This document shows, piece by piece, positions 63,541-64,000 of a stretch of DNA of 64,000 bases; position 1 is the first letter of the stretch, and each line of letters begins with the position of its first letter. A model generated the notes under the pieces. It made no database searches. It worked only from the letters and a program-made list of their open reading frames with translations, and was not told the DNA's origin. A program made the translations under genes and the position numbers. This stretch comes from a virus: positions 1 through 64,000 of the IMG/VR virus record IMGVR_UViG_3300020447_000001; one strand, 5' to 3'.

Positions 63541-64000
63541 CAGTTATTGGTTGGACTGCCTGCTTTACTTCATCTCCCATTGATACATTTTCATACTCAG
63601 CCAGATTAGGCCATTGTCCTGACATGTGGCAAAGCATCATAGTACCCATATTGACTGCCTGTGCAAAATCATCAGGACCAGCTGGGTCTCTAAGAATTTG
63701 ATACCGATCTCTGCCAAATCCTGTTTCTGACTTATCTTCAATGAGATAAAGAAAATCATGTAGCAATCCAGGCTCACCAGAACTTATATAATCGTAAGTA
63801 AAGAACCTGAGAACACCAGATTTAATAAATTGACAGGTGTAACTAAGACTTCGAGCTTTCTCCATATTAAAGTGTTCACGAGGATGGAGCGAGGTTGCAG
63901 GCTTAAACTGAAGAACATTGCCTTTTGCAGGTCCCGTATATGCAATCGGTATGATATTAGCCAGCGGCAACCCTGCGTGATTCATCACGGTTTCTCGAAT
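63518..64000 (-). CDS. Probable terminase large subunit, C-terminal nuclease domain (runs off the window)
   Basis: Frame open to base 64000 (IRETVMNHAGLP...); ends with RNase H-like LLHDFLYLIE...PAGPDDFAQAVN. Confidence 0.5.
   Translation of the reverse strand: MRETVMNHAGLPLANIIPIAYTGPAKGNVLQFKPATSLHPREHFNMEKARSLSYTCQFIKSGVLRFFTYDYISSGEPGLLHDFLYLIEDKSETGFGRDRYQILRDPAGPDDFAQAVNMGTMMLCHMSGQWPNLAEYENVSMGDEVKQAVQPITVNDWEDE

Noticed and set aside
1-64000. Stop-codon reassignment
   Set aside because: Long genes are intact and tightly packed under the standard code, and TAA, TAG and TGA all terminate genes.

Overview
This window looks like 64 kb of a large lytic myovirus-type (contractile-tailed) phage genome in the standard genetic code, almost all on the + strand. 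The host may be a planctomycete, but that is inferred from gene content only. Bases 1-43.6 kb are a morphogenesis region: sheath, tube, spike, tail chaperones with a likely -1 frameshift, tape measure, hub, an embedded sigma factor, wedge/baseplate genes, a membrane/lipoprotein/papain-peptidase cluster, five paralogous Cys-rich fibre-type proteins, a Gly-X-Thr collagen fibre and a two-domain glycosyltransferase. Bases 43.6-51 kb are a hypervariable array of small gene cassettes separated by repeated hairpin-U-tract-TATTAC-AAGGAG elements. The array holds candidate structured RNAs, pilin-like peptides, a small lipoprotein, an acidic DNA-mimic-like peptide and a miniature Walker-A paralog of the phage's own AAA ATPase. 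Bases 51-60 kb carry a DUF1257/DUF2997/AAA-ATPase/DUF3150-like module, a GHKL-HExxH protein and a Gp88-like protein. Bases 60-64 kb hold a divergent gene pair with overlapping start codons, a Zn-finger primase-like protein and the likely C-terminus of a terminase large subunit. All family assignments come from motif recognition by eye; no database searches were run.
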